Assembly (NCBI GenBank): GCA_013265495.1
Contig: MU058009.1
Location: 4,532,739 to 4,596,738 of the forward strand
Length of the DNA stretch: 64,000 nucleotides
Direction of reading: 5' to 3'
From: Vicugna vicugna
Lineage: Eukaryota
Each line of letters starts with the position of its first letter. Positions within the stretch are counted from its first letter, which is position 1. The translations under genes and the position numbers were made by a program. Of the stretch, positions 35,961 through 48,649 are shown in pieces. The notes beneath the pieces were generated by a model. It worked only from the letters and a program-made list of their open reading frames with translations. It did no database searches and had not been told where the DNA came from.

Positions 35961-38779
35961 CATTCTAGTTCCCATTTTTGAAAAGCACTTTGCAAAGGCC
36001 TCTGGGCTCACGAGCGGCAGCTGCACTTGGCTGCCTGGCTTGGCTCGCTGCCCCTGTCCTGACCAACGGGGGCGTCCCTGTTTACGGACAATGGAAACTG
36101 TCTAACCACCCGCTTGCCCTCTTCACTTTGGCAGTCAGGATGCTCACAGCTGAACTGTGTCTCAGCTGACTGGCTGTGAAAGGCTTTATAAATGTATTTC
36201 AATGTGTGAACTACGAATGTTATTACTATTCAAATTTTACTTTTTCTTGACCCAGATCTCTTCATCTTTAAAAAAAAATCTACTGTATCTGACATCTTTC
36301 TGAAAGTCACGTCAAATGTTTCTCAGGATGATGTGCACAGGAATAAATGGTTGAATAGATGGATAGATGAAACAGTGCCTCTCTGGAGATGCTGTCCGTG
36401 GAACGGGGGTGCACAGGGCCTGAGGGAGAGGCGTGAGCTCTGGGAGCAGACAGCTGCACTTTCTTTTGTTTTCATTTGGTCCAAACCCTGGCAGGAACCA
36501 GTGCAGTCAGAATTTTTCAGTGTCCGTGGCTCACCAGGCAATGTGCTCAAAGTTTACCTGCCTTGTCTCATTGAAGCCTCACAAGAACCTGAGGTTGGTG
36601 ACACTCTGACCCTATAGATGTGGGAAAGGGACCGGCTTCTAGTAGCTGGTGGAGCCCGGTTTCCCTGCCTCCAAAGCCCAGCTCTTGGGGTGACTCAGGG
36701 TGAACTGGCTGGACAGATGCTGCCCCCTCTGCACACTGGGTCCTGGCATCACGACGGAGCAGTGGAGTGGTGACCAGGGCCACAGCGTGGCCACCGTCCA
36801 GGAGCACACGTGACTTTGTGTGCTTTGCCTGTGGGGGACCCTTTCCCTGGGGGCCTCCTAGAGCCTCTGGTTTCCTTGGTAATGCATCTGACAGCCTGCC
36901 GAATGCTGAGCATGTTTTTTAAAACTATGTATTTTTTAAGTTTATAAGGCTAAGGAAATTATCTCGGTGCTTTCCATAATTTTCTGGAAGAACCAATGTC
37001 TCCCAGAAATCTGTAAAAAAACAACCTATTTAAAACCAGTGTCCTTAGATTGCCTGCCCCCCCGCCACCCCTCTTCCCCCTTCCCTCCTATTCAGATGTG
37101 CACAAAGCCACACTGTGGTTCTGGGTAATCCATCTCCGCCGGCCAGTTATCCCTGATCACAGGTCATATAATCTCCCGTCCACGATGCCGTAATCATTTC
37201 TACAGTAACTCAAAGGGGTGCGTTTGGGAAGCAGAGGAGCGGCGGCGGGGAGAGGCACTCGGAGAACAGCGGGCCCCCCGCCAGGCAGGCGCCCTCAGTC
37301 CCGGAGCACGGGAGCCTAGACCCGGAATCGCTGTCTCTCTCCCTCTCCCTTTTGAGAAATGTATTTCATGCACCGAATGGTTCTGAAATTAAACCCTGAA
37401 AGATCTGCTTCATTACTTGCAGAGTAAAAGAGGACCAGCTCTTCGTACTTCCTGTGTTTGACCTTTCTATCACTTTCCCTCAGCAACGTCCAACGCCTGC
37501 TTCTCCAGGTTCCAAGAGGCCCGACGCCCGGCCCCGTGGTCTGACGATCTCACCAGCGGATCAGGGCGTCTGCCGCTCTGGAGTCTACCCCTCCGCCGTG
37601 CTGGGGAGTTTCCACGTCGCCTGGGACCGGCGGTCCGTCTCTCTGCCTCAGCCCCCTCATCGCTAAGGCGGGGACAGTCACCACCGCGTCTCTCTGGGTG
37701 TCGGAGGAGTCACTGCTTTAAATGTGAGAGATGTTCCCGAACTGCAAGGTATGTTTTCTGTATTATCAGAAAAATAAAAGGAAATATTGTTCCCGCATTT
37801 CCGAGAAGCATTAGCCCAGACACAGTCCACGGGGACGTTACTGTTTTGTGTGAACATCGGGAGAGGAAGGAAGATAGATGGGCAACAGATTGACACCCGC
37901 GCAGCGCGGGACGGACGTGCGGGACCCCGCGGTGCAGCAATCAAATGAAATGCTTGAAAGAAAACAGACTCTGTTTCTAGGCAAGTGCCCTTAACGGTGA
38001 AAACGAGAGCGCAGAAACACCGAAAGCGCGCTTCTATAGACAGCGTTGTTTCCAACCGAAGAGCCGCACGAGGGGCAGTGCCAGCCCGTCAGCCCCAGTA
38101 GGGGCGGACCCCTCACCACGCTCTGTGCGAGGAAGGGACGTGGTCCCGACGTGGCAGGAGCCCTGAGCTGCTTTCCACAGCCGGTGCTCCTTTTGTGCAG
38201 ACGCCCGCCGCGTGTGGCACGGTCCGGAGGGATGACTGCCACCTGGGCCCGCACGTCGCTGCAGGGGGGCAGGGCGGGGGCCGCGGGGAAGTAACTCAGC
38301 CCAGGGCGACCCGGGGGCCTGGTGCGCGTCGGGAGAGAAGACAGAGAGCTCGGGGACCCAAACTTCCCGTAACGTGACGGACATGAACAGAGGCCAGGGG
38401 CCCTGACCTGCTGGAAGGCTCGTTACCATCAGGCCCTGAGTCATTGATGTGGGTAAACTGAGGCTTCCCTCGGTGGGTGAGCGAGTCCTCAGCCGAGTGA
38501 GTGTCCTCTCACGAGAGCCGGCCGAGCTGGCCGCACCTCCCTGTCCCCTGCCCCGTGGCCACCCTCACGGGCCCTGAGCTGGCCTCCTGGATGCAGCCTG
38601 GATTCTTAGGCCAACGCTCCTCTGTCGCACCAGCGCCTGCATTTGCTTTCTGGTTCTCAAAACAAAGAAGTGGTCCAGGAGGTAGAGAGACCGAGGGCAG
38701 CAGACCAGAACCACACACGGACAGCTGGCCCAGGACGCAGGCGCGCTGTGTGTCCCGTGCAGCGGGCTCGCCCGCGTTT

Positions 38780-39560
38780 GCTCACATATTGAGCTAATGG
38801 TTACCGATGGCTCTGTGGGTGCCGAGCACGCAGTGGTAAGTAACGCACACATTTCCCTTCAGGGAGGGAACCTGTTCGTGGGATTCTGGAGGACGGCCGA
38901 CAGGGGACACACGCAAAACCCACAGAAATGGCACCCATCTTGGATAATAGCGCCAAGCGAGGAAGCACAGGCGAAGGAGCGCGGCGTCTGAGGGCTCGTG
39001 GGAGCCGGGAGGCCTCGGGAAGGACGGCATTGGGCAAGAGCCCGTGTGGAGGTCTGGGAGGCGTGTGTTCCAGGAGGACGGAAGCCCAAGGTCAGGGTCC
39101 CCGCAGACGGAAAGGGCGTGGTGGGCCTGAGGCCAGCGAGGGTGCGGTGTGTCGGGGAAGCGGCGGGGGAAGTGGATGAAGTGGGAGGAGGCGAGCACGC
39201 ATCACTGCGACCTTGCAGACCACGACAGCCACTTGACTTCGCATTTCATTTCAAATGCAATGAACAGGCCACATTCAAATCTCTCATCTGCAAAGTGATG
39301 CAGCCCGGTTCGTATTTAAAGAGGACGCCAACTTGCGGCCTTACGGATGGACTGAAGTAGGGGTGGGGCGGGGGCGCCGCACAGAAGGGAAGGCCGGCGA
39401 GGAGACAGGGTGGGGCGGGGGAGGGACCATGGGAAGAGCAGCTGTGGGAGAGGAGAGGCGGGGTTTGAGCGGACGCTTCGGGGCACAGCCACAGGGACCA
39501 ACAACTGACTGGGTCTCAGGGTTCGGGGCTCGTGGGGGGGAATCAAGATGACTTCTAGGA
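38780..39560 (-). mobile_element. L2 LINE fragment
   Basis: catattgagctaatggttaccgatggctctgtgggtgccgagcacgcagtggtaag...gtgttccaggaggacggaagcccaaggtcagggtcccc resembles the antisense L2 3' region. Confidence 0.6.
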
Positions 39561-39699
39561 TAAGTTGAACCAAGAACAATTCATTGTTTACTGATGAAAA
39601 TGTCAAATTGACTCATAAATGTTGCTTGTCCCGGAGCCACGAAAAATCAATTCTAAGAGAAAAACAGCTTTATTAGATTAAAGAAAAATACATGATGAT

Positions 39700-39900
39700 C
39701 AGAATCGTTAACATTTTAAGAGGATTTGCCAGCGCTAAACAACGTGCCAACTGTGTAAACACATTCCCATCCAGTTTCCTCGTAACGGTAAGGGAGAACG
39801 CCGTGTGTCACCCCACCTCTGCAAGCGGACAGACGTTAGCCGCCTTTACTGACGCCCCAGAAACAGGAAGAAGGGGAGTAAGTACAGGAACCTCCGCCTT
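39700..39900 (-). mobile_element. MIR fragment
   Basis: Diverged antisense MIR: ...cctcgtaacggtaagggagaacgccgtgtgtcaccccacctctgcaagcggacagac. Confidence 0.45.
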
Positions 39901-40666
39901 GTTTCCTAACGGTGATTCTGCCCCGTCTCCACCTACACTTAGTCCGTGACGCTACTGCGTGTTCCGACGGCCGACTTACAGCTGGAGAGTCCCCACCCTC
40001 GACGCAACAAGGCAAGTTGAGAGAGGCAGGGTCATAACTACGCTAATAAATGGGACTCAGATAATATCGAGGTAACAGTTTTCACCTGCTGACCTGTCGG
40101 AAACACTGTAGAATACCGTCCCTCTCGGCACAGACAGGAGGATGGCTATACGGTAACCGTCCCACGACACCGGTGATCACTGAGCTGCTCACAACACACG
40201 CGCGCAAGAGAAACCAGCCAGGGAAACGCAGGGAGCTGAGACGGCTGGGGGGTGATAGTCGTATATTCAAAAAAATATATATATGCTGAGACATAAGCCT
40301 TTATAATTTAAAAGTTACCATTTATATGAATTTACCAGAACACAGTATAAGGATTTTCGTATCTCTAAATTTCCAATTCAGGCAAAATCTTTGTCAAATC
40401 ATGAGTTATCATGTTTCTTCAAAAAGTCTAATGAAGTAAGATGCAGAATAGACACTGCATGGCCAGGACCAGGGAGAAAAAAGGGTCGGCCCCCAGAGGG
40501 GCGGGCTGGCTCAGCCCAGAGGATCTGCTGGTCACGGTTAAACACCGAGCTACCTCACCAAGTCCACGGAAGGTGTGAACGTCCAGGACGGTCAGGTGTG
40601 GAGGAAACAGCACCCATTCTGATTTTGTGAACCAGCCTTCATTTCAGAGGCACATCCGCATGTCCT

Positions 40667-40917
40667 TCAAAAGGGTGTTCTGTCTGACCAAACGCTGAGG
40701 GTCCGAAGAAGACCTGTCCTGGCTCCACTGTCACCACGTCGGCCAGGACGGCAAGGTCTGGCTCTGCTGTCCTGCTGCTGCACAGATGCCGTCACAGCAA
40801 ATCCCAGCACAGGAGGAACAGCCTGAAGAAGCTTAGACCCGTTCTTCTCTGTGTCCTCCGTGCGGGTTTCGGTCACAACGCTGGACACATCACTTCTGCA
40901 CTTGCCTGCTGCTTCAC
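40667..40917 (-). pseudogene. Candidate terminal coding exon (right minus-strand chain)
   Basis: Acceptor tctcgcttcccag|GT; phase-1 frame (G)EAAGKCRSDVSSVVTETRTEDTEKNGSKLLQ...DRTPF* open for about 82 codons. Confidence 0.3.
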
Positions 40918-43900
40918 CTGGGAAGCGAGACCCTGAGAACAGGACCCATACCTTTGACTGTCATCACCTGCCCCCTGGCACGGACTGCGGCTTTGGGAAG
41001 GCAGAGCATAAGTATCTGTTCAATGGTTTCATTAACCCATTGACCTAGTCCCGTGCACGCATCGTATGGATCAAACCCAGGCCCGCACGGCGAGGTGAAG
41101 GCAGAACCAGCCTCACGTGATGTTTCCCAACCCCCAGTGTATCGCTGCTGCTCTATCTATTTCAAGGCGTGTCAGCATAAAACAAAATTAAATGAAAACT
41201 GAAAAAAAAATCCTTTCCTTGAAATGGTTGGGATCAATTTGACCTCCGTTGGAAAACTCCATGTTCAACGTATAATCCGAGTTTTGTGTCTCAGCGGCCA
41301 GAGGGGCCGTTCTTGGTGACGGCGTCCGTGGGTGGCCTCGGCTGAGGTTTGCAGGAGGGAAGGAGGAATTGCATCAGGAGATGGGAAAAGGAGAGGGGGA
41401 GGAGGAGAAAAGTGTTCTGAGAACACGATCCAGGGAGAGGAGGATGTTAAGAAGTAAATTAAAAAATAGGGCACGTTGAGCAAGGAATAATATTTCTACA
41501 AAAATGATAGTGAAATGGAATGGGGCCGAGCGTCATGTAATGAATGTGCCCCCATCCTGCGGCTGAGAATCTGTGGGCAGGTTATTAACAAGCAGATGGT
41601 TCTCCCTAACACCTGTCTGCATCACAAACCTTCACTTCCTTTTTTTTTTCCCTTCTTTTTGCTGAATTGCAGGTTTCCATTAATGAAAACTCTGAAGATT
41701 CTAAAACCTATTTCAGCTCTGGGAGCTGAGCACAGACAAGCAACTGCTGCACGAGAGAGGTAAAGGGCTGGGGGAGTCGGGCTATGGGCTTGCGGCACGA
41801 GCCCCGCAGAATTAGGACCTGCGCCTACAAATACAGCGGAAATTTCCCTCCCCGACATGCAAAGGTCTTGGAGGAAACGCACACTAGCCCCTAGGCTGTT
41901 AGGGCTGTGAGCCCCAGCAGGACAGTGCAGGGGAGTCAGGCTCAGGGTCTGGGGCTGGCCGGCGCTCCGGGGCTCCGTCTCCCCCGCTCTCACGCCGCTT
42001 CCCCCGGGGGGTGACAGGTGACAAGGGCGGGTCGGCCCAGAGCCCTGCATGGCCCTGTGTCACCTGACTTGGCTGTGGATCAAATACAGCTTTTCCTAAT
42101 GGGCTCTGCCCCTCTGCTGGGTTTGGCGGTAGCTTCAGGGAGTAGATGCTACCCTGTCAGAGTGAAGAGAGGTGGCTCGGGAATCAGCTAAATCTGGATC
42201 GGACCCTGACTCAAGCCCTCGGCCGCGTGACGCCGAGCCAGTGATTCAGCCTCTAAGACTGGGTTCTCACCCGCGTAACCTCAGCACACAAACGTGCGTC
42301 CATGGCTTGTGCAGATCACGTGAGAAAATGCTGCGCAGGTGCTTGTCACAGGGCCTAAGAACCAGTTAAGTGATCGACAAATCGGGGCATTATTATTATT
42401 ACTATGACCACATTTGGACAAAGTATTGCATAAAGCGCCTAAGAGACCAGAAACACAGTCTGCCTCTGTCTGTATTTTCCTTTGCATCTCCCTCTTCCTT
42501 CCGTTTCTTCTTTCACGAAAACCACCCGCTTGCGTCTGCGCTACAGGTGGGCTCTTAGACAAGAGCTGTTCTAGGACAGCAGAACGTCCCCTGCCTTTTG
42601 TGTCAGGGCCGGTAGGAAAGCCATCTGGAAAGAGGAGATGACGCAGGAGCAGAGGGACTTTCCCCACCCACCGCCCCCTGCGGTCCCCGAGGGCCAGAGC
42701 AGCCGCCTCCCGGGGCGAGGGGCTGCGGGTGGTGTCTGGCCCCCGGGGAGCTGTGTGAGCCGGGCTGTGGGCACCGCCCCCGAGAGGCGAGGGCGGTTTC
42801 TTGTGTCTGTGATGAGTAGGCATGTCACCTTGTCCTGGGGGACTATCTCCTTTACTCTCAAGCCCGAAGCACCGTATCTTTCCCAAAGCATGTGAAACGG
42901 CATTTGGTTTAAACGTGTAACAAAGTGAGTCCGTGGGACTCGACTTCCCGTTGACAGAGCTGAGCCATCAGTGGGCCAGACGCTCAGGCGAGGTCTGGTG
43001 GCTGCAGTCCCTCCTCCCCGGCAGCAGAGTGACGGCTGGCGGGTTCGCTCCCACGGCTGCCCCCCGCCTCCCCCCGAGACTGGCTGGAAAGTCGAGGGGC
43101 TGCATCCCACCCCTCCGCGCTGCCCTGCTGCCTCTCCCTGACAGAGCATCTCTGTGCCACGTACCTCGCACCTACCACATTTACTGAAGCATCATCCTTT
43201 TCGTTAAACATAGCACGCACGGGATGTCTAGTCAAATGTTTGATGATACATCAAATCAGAGACAGAAAAAGAGCCACGATGCCGTTTAGTCTGTGAAGCC
43301 TAACCTGCTATTCCTTCTTTCCTGCCAGCAACGCTTCTCAGCCACCCCGGCTCTGAAGCAGCTTGATGTGGACTCACCGATACTATGTCTTTTCACAACA
43401 TGCCATGTGCAGAGACATCTAATAACACAGGCACACTTTCCCTTTGTTGAGCCTGAATAAAGCCGGCATAAAAGAGGCGAGCGTCGAGGCGCCTACCAGA
43501 GCTTGTACCTGAGCGGTCTCTGGGGTCCTCTGGCTTGTACACACCCGTTTGCCCTGCGATGACTCGGGGGCTCGTACTGGCCTCTTATTCTTGAGTCCTT
43601 CCTGCTAACAGGCTTCAAAATAGCCCCAAACTTGATCAGAACCAAGACAAAGAAAAGGGGAGCTCTCATTCCAGTCGGGACTTCGAGCTCCTGAAAGGGT
43701 TCGTGGTGAGTATTGGCAGCGCCTTTTTTTTTTTTTAATGGAAACACAGTCAGTTACAACGTGTCCGCTGACTATTGCACAAGTGATTCGCAGCGAGGGC
43801 TGCAGAGCACGAGGCTCGCACAGAGCACGGCGAGGAGGTGAAGCCTGACCCGCAGAAGGGATGGCGTCACCGCCGCCGAATTCTGAGGTTGTACATATCG

Positions 43901-44184
43901 GTGACGATGCACTGGGATAAAACCTACAGAGGTAACACAGATACAACACGTATACGCTTTATACGTAGGGAGGTGTGTGTGTCACTTCACAGGCCACATA
44001 ATGCATTTTAATGTCTCACCGTTTTCTTTTATTCCATACATTTGGCACAAGCTTTTTCAAATGTCCCCAAGTCCCTGCCTGGATACCTTCTGGTTTCTCT
44101 ATCACTTTATTCCTTTCTTGTCTTCTTTCAAGACCAAGTGTAAAGATCGTGTCTTCCGTGAAGCCATGGTTTCTCTCGTCCTCT

Positions 44185-44300
44185 CATCCAACAAATAATT
44201 ATTAAACATAAACCAGGTATCAGGCACGTGCTAGGGGCTTGGAGATACAAGACTGAACAAAAACAACCCCAGCCGGTCTCTGCCCATGTGGGAGGCTCAG
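44185..44300 (-). mobile_element. L2 3' end
   Basis: catccaacaaataattattaaacataaaccaggtatcaggcacgtgctaggggcttggagatacaagactgaacaaaa. Confidence 0.7.
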
Positions 44301-45574
44301 CCCGGCACCGTCTACCCCACCCCTGTGCGCCCACCTCTGCTAGAACCACGTTTTATTGCAATTTGTAGTATGTGTGCCTGCGTCACCTACTAGATAGCCA
44401 CGTTCTGGATCTGGGGAACAGGTTTTAAAATCAAATTGTCCCTGCATTCTAGCCCTTGCATCCTACCTGGAACATAGTCGGCTCTCAACAGATGCATAGG
44501 AGTCAAAATGTAAAAAAGGAAACCTGAGGCAGGGGAGACACGTGTTAGCTCAGTACTTCTGACTATTAAAACACTTCGCAGCACACCATGTCCATGCACG
44601 CGCAATTGAATGTGCAGCGATGTTACCATGAAAACAAGTATCAACACATTTTATTTAAGGGAAAAGAACCCCTCTCACTTCAGCTCTAAGCAGTGCTTAG
44701 GAAATTTCATCACCACACTGCAATATTAATCAGGAGTAAGTTGGTACATCATGTCTGGTGTGCCAGAAAAAAAAATACGTTTGCACTGTAATTTGTTTCT
44801 CAGAGAGGCCAGGAGAGAAGCGAAGTGAGAGTGGTCTGCTTCTGAATTTAATACAAGGATCGATCATCCTTTATAAACGGAAATCTGAGCCACTTAATAT
44901 TCTTTCTCCCATCATTTGGTCAATGTTCGTGAGCATTTTCTAGTTTGTGTTTCTTTCTATACTACAGCCAATCTTTTAAAAGGGCTTCAGTGTTACCTGA
45001 CTTGCACTGGGGAGGTGGTTCTCTGTCCTTGAGCCAGGCTTTACGGAGGGGGCTTTGCTAGTGTGGTGATCAAGTTAATTGCTAGTCGGCAGATAAAAAA
45101 CCTGAGCCCAGAAAAACCCCGATGTGACGGGTTCCCAGTTCATTTTTCCAGACAGGCTTCCTTAGGTCTCGCTTATTCTGCTCCGGAATGTCCACTTGAC
45201 AGAAAGCACCGCGTGCCTGGCTGTAGGCAAGGGGTCTACAGTCTTGTCCATACGCACTTTTACGTGAATGAGGCCATACTCTAAGTCTGGTTTTGCAACT
45301 TGTCTTTCAAAGCTTAACGTTATCACTACATCTCCCTAGGTAAGAGCAGACTGACCTCTTTGATCCTTTCTATCTGCTGTGCAGCATCCCTGGTAAGTCT
45401 GAGCCACGATGCCCTCGAACGTTCCTCTTGACGTACACATTTAGGTTGTTCTCAGAGGTGGTTACGGATAATCTCAATCAGTGGTTTTCAAATTTATGTG
45501 ACTGAACACAGCCAGCCGTCTGCAGCCCTGGCTCAAGGTGCCCCCGAGGGGTTCCCAGGGCCGACTCGGCCGTT

Positions 45575-45658
45575 TTATGGGAGGGTCTCGAGCATCCTGG
45601 ATTTTGGTGCCCGCAGGGGTCCTGGAACCAATCCTCCATTGATACCAAAGGACAAGTG
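45575..45658. mobile_element. MER2-like TcMar-Tigger terminal fragment
   Basis: tcgagcatcctggattttggtgcccgcaggggtcctggaaccaatcctccattgataccaaaggacaagtg matches the MER2/Tigger end. Confidence 0.7.
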
Positions 45659-47214
45659 TCATCACTTTTTATCTTCAAATGGAATTTTATGGAGCTCTTC
45701 CAAATACAGATCACCGTAAATAAAAGACTTCCTCTAGTCAAAGTTCAGTTCTGGGAAGGGGCGTGTGTAGGGCTGGAGCCCCCCCCCTCAGCTTTGGGGT
45801 CTCTCCCCGAGCTACTCTGCTCCACACCCTACCACAGCAGCCTCTGAGCCACCCCGACCAAACCCTGCTGTTTCCACAACACGGTTCGGAAAACCTAGAG
45901 AACCGGGACCAAAAGCCTACTGAGTGTCTCTTCTAAGCAGTGAAGGTATCTGCCCACCCGGCCCAGAGACGTGAGAAGGCACTGCTGGGGTGGGAGTCTG
46001 TCTGCTTCCAGCTGGAGACACCCACAGTCCCAGAGAACGTCCAGGGAAGAGACGTCGCACCTGCATGAAGGTGGGAGGGCTGAGGGCCCGGGTGGGGCTG
46101 CCAGCCCCTCTGTGCAGGTTTCCTCTCTTACTGCTCAGGACAAGAAGTGCCTGGAGGCCATGTGGTTGCAGATGGACTGTGAGACACTGTTTACTGTAAC
46201 AAACTTGTCTTCTAAACGATGCTCGCCTTAGGTTCAAGGTAAAGTGCATTTTCAGCTCCTACGCACAACATCGAAAAAGAAGAGCCAGCAGCCCCGATGT
46301 ATCGCGGCCACAACAGGATTTGGGACTAAAATGCACCTTTAACTCCTGTTCTGTTAAATGAGAAATTACGAGGACATGAACACCTGGGTGGTTGTCTTCT
46401 TCCACAGGTAAACCCCGCAACACTGAACCGCACCGCATACTCTGTGACTTCCAGTGACTCAGATGTCTGTCGAGTCAGTTAACGTTAACAAAATGCCTTT
46501 TTCAGTTGTCAGTAGATAGTGCATGATTGAAAGAACGTAAGGGAATTAAATAGTACGCAGGAAGCGACTCAAAAGGGCCGACGGTGAGATGCCCAGCACC
46601 GGCAGCCGCAGGGCCCCCCCTCCACCGTGCGCCCAGGGGTGGAATCGGCCCTTCTGCTCAGGACGTCGCCCTCCTGCGGGCGGTGCCGCGGGCCCCCCCC
46701 CCGCCGGCCTGACCCTGCCTCCCGGCATGCTGCACTGCCCACCCTCCAGCAGGCAGCTCCCCGCTTTGGAACTCCGCCCAAGACTCCTTCACAAGATGCT
46801 CCCCGTTGTCACATGACCTCATACTTAGATTTTTCAGGAACAGCCAGTTTGAAAGTAATCAGCGTTACTTTCTCAGGAATACACTCCTTTGTCAAGACAC
46901 ACCTTGATTAGGAAATATGACCATTGTATTAGTGCATTTATGCTACAAAGACAGCCCTCCCTCCGTCAGGTCACTTTACACCCCATCAAAACTACCATTC
47001 GATCCAAAAAGACAGCTGAAGAATATGTGATGCGATTAAACGTCACGAAGTGGAAAAGAACGTGAGCGGTGGCTGTTCTGCAGGAGGACGCTTACGGCGA
47101 AGCCGCGTCTCTAAGTCCAGCGGGGACGTGTTGGCCCGCGAGGCCCTTGGTAGTGCCCATCTAACTGCACCGTAACCGGCCGTGTGTGCAAACAACTCTC
47201 CGACTTTTCTGTTT

Positions 47215-47347
47215 TTCTTTTAACAATATAGCATTTTTTATTGATTTATAATCATTTTACAATGTTGTGTCAAATTCCAGTGCAGAGCACAATTTTTCAG
47301 TTATACATGAACATACGTATAATCATTGTCACATTTTTTTCTCTGTG
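47215..47347 (-). mobile_element. Short 5'-truncated young L1 3' end (camelid-like)
   Basis: ttttttattgatttataatcattttacaatgttgtgtcaaattccagtgcagagcacaatttttcagttatacatgaacatac. Confidence 0.8.
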
Positions 47348-47534
47348 CCCTAAGACTTCTGTTTTACAAGTTTCCGTGTAGTATTTTCCTCCAAACGAGG
47401 GGGGAGGGGTAGGCCTGCTTACAGGTACCCGCACAATGAAACTACGAAACGTCACGGCATTTTGGTGGCAAACAGCAGTGTCATTGCGCTGTGTTACTGT
47501 ACCAGTATTCTCCTGTCTTCATTAATGCTCTTAA

Positions 47535-47882
47535 TCATAGATATCCCATCCATCCTCCAGTCCCTCCAGGCACCGAGAGGCACGTCTGCTGAGAAGGACG
47601 CGCTCTCCCAGGCCACGCGCGGCCGCTGTGAGAGCCGGACACTTCGGCATCTACCACGCAGTGTTTGCTGAGCTCGTGGAGCACAGACAGCTTCCCAGAG
47701 CCGCACGTCTCAGCGGAGCCTCCTGCACAGATGCCAGGCTTCCGCGGGAGCCTGCCGGAGGCACGCAGATCCCACAGCGGGCTATTTTTAGTCCTGATAA
47801 TTAATATTGGAGGAGAGGGGGAGGAGGATGAAAATGTATCTCCAGCAAAAAAGCAATTACCATCTTGATCATATATTCTCAC
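47535..47882 (-). pseudogene. Candidate exon, 3' boundary uncertain (right minus-strand chain)
   Basis: Acceptor caccttgtag|GTG; phase-0 frame VRIYDQDGNCFFAGDTFSSSSPSPP... open for 115 codons. Confidence 0.3.
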
Positions 47883-48119
47883 CTACAAGGTGTGTTATTT
47901 TCAAAGATATAAAAGGAGAAGCCTTCCCCAAACCTGTAGATTTTCATACCACACTGCCCATGACGGAGACACTTCATCCCCCCCCTTCAGAATTCCAGCA
48001 ACAGCTTGGACTCGGAGGTTACTATACGCAGCGTTACGCCAGGGCGGGTTTCACTACTACAAAAAAATATGTTGGTTTTTAAGTCCCAGGAAGCAGGAGT
48101 TTGCGTTCCTCACGCATAC

Positions 48120-48288
48120 GGAATAATCATGATCAGCAGTTGCAAAAAAAAAGCTGGCAGCGCCTTCTCACTCCTTTCCGCGGGGTCCTGGTGTCTCATT
48201 CTGAAGAGGTCTTCCCGCTCTGTTACAGCTTCACTGAAGCTGGTCTTGTCTGTGGACGCTTCTGCGCTGTCTGTGGACTCATCCGCAC
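48120..48288 (-). pseudogene. Candidate 169-nt exon with a homopolymer-dependent frame (right minus-strand chain)
   Basis: Acceptor ccttccctcacag|GT, donor TCC|GTATGC; reads (G)ADESTDSAEASTDKTSFSEAVTEREDLFRMRHQDPAERSEKALPAFF... across a T9 run. Confidence 0.4.
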
Positions 48289-48649
48289 CTGTGAGGGAAG
48301 GGCATTTTTTCCCCATCTAAATTAAACGCAGTGCGTGGCGAGATACAGAACAACCTAGTGTCCTTGGAGCCCAGGTACGCAGTGGAAGGGGTGGCAGGCA
48401 CCTCACGGCGCCCAGGCAGCGCCCCGAGGCCCGCACACGCTCGCTCTCCCTCCCCCGCGGCTTAGCGCTGAGGCCCCGCACAGGCGCGGGCTGCTCCGTG
48501 GAGGCCCACCGGCTACTTTGACTTCTGAATTCAGCTCTCTTTTTAATGAACCCCTCTGCTCTCTCGGGAACATGATTCCTCCTTCTGAGGAATCTGTGCT
48601 CTCCTCACGTCTATGAATTTTGCAGAAAGTTTAGCCTTTTCCCAACAGC

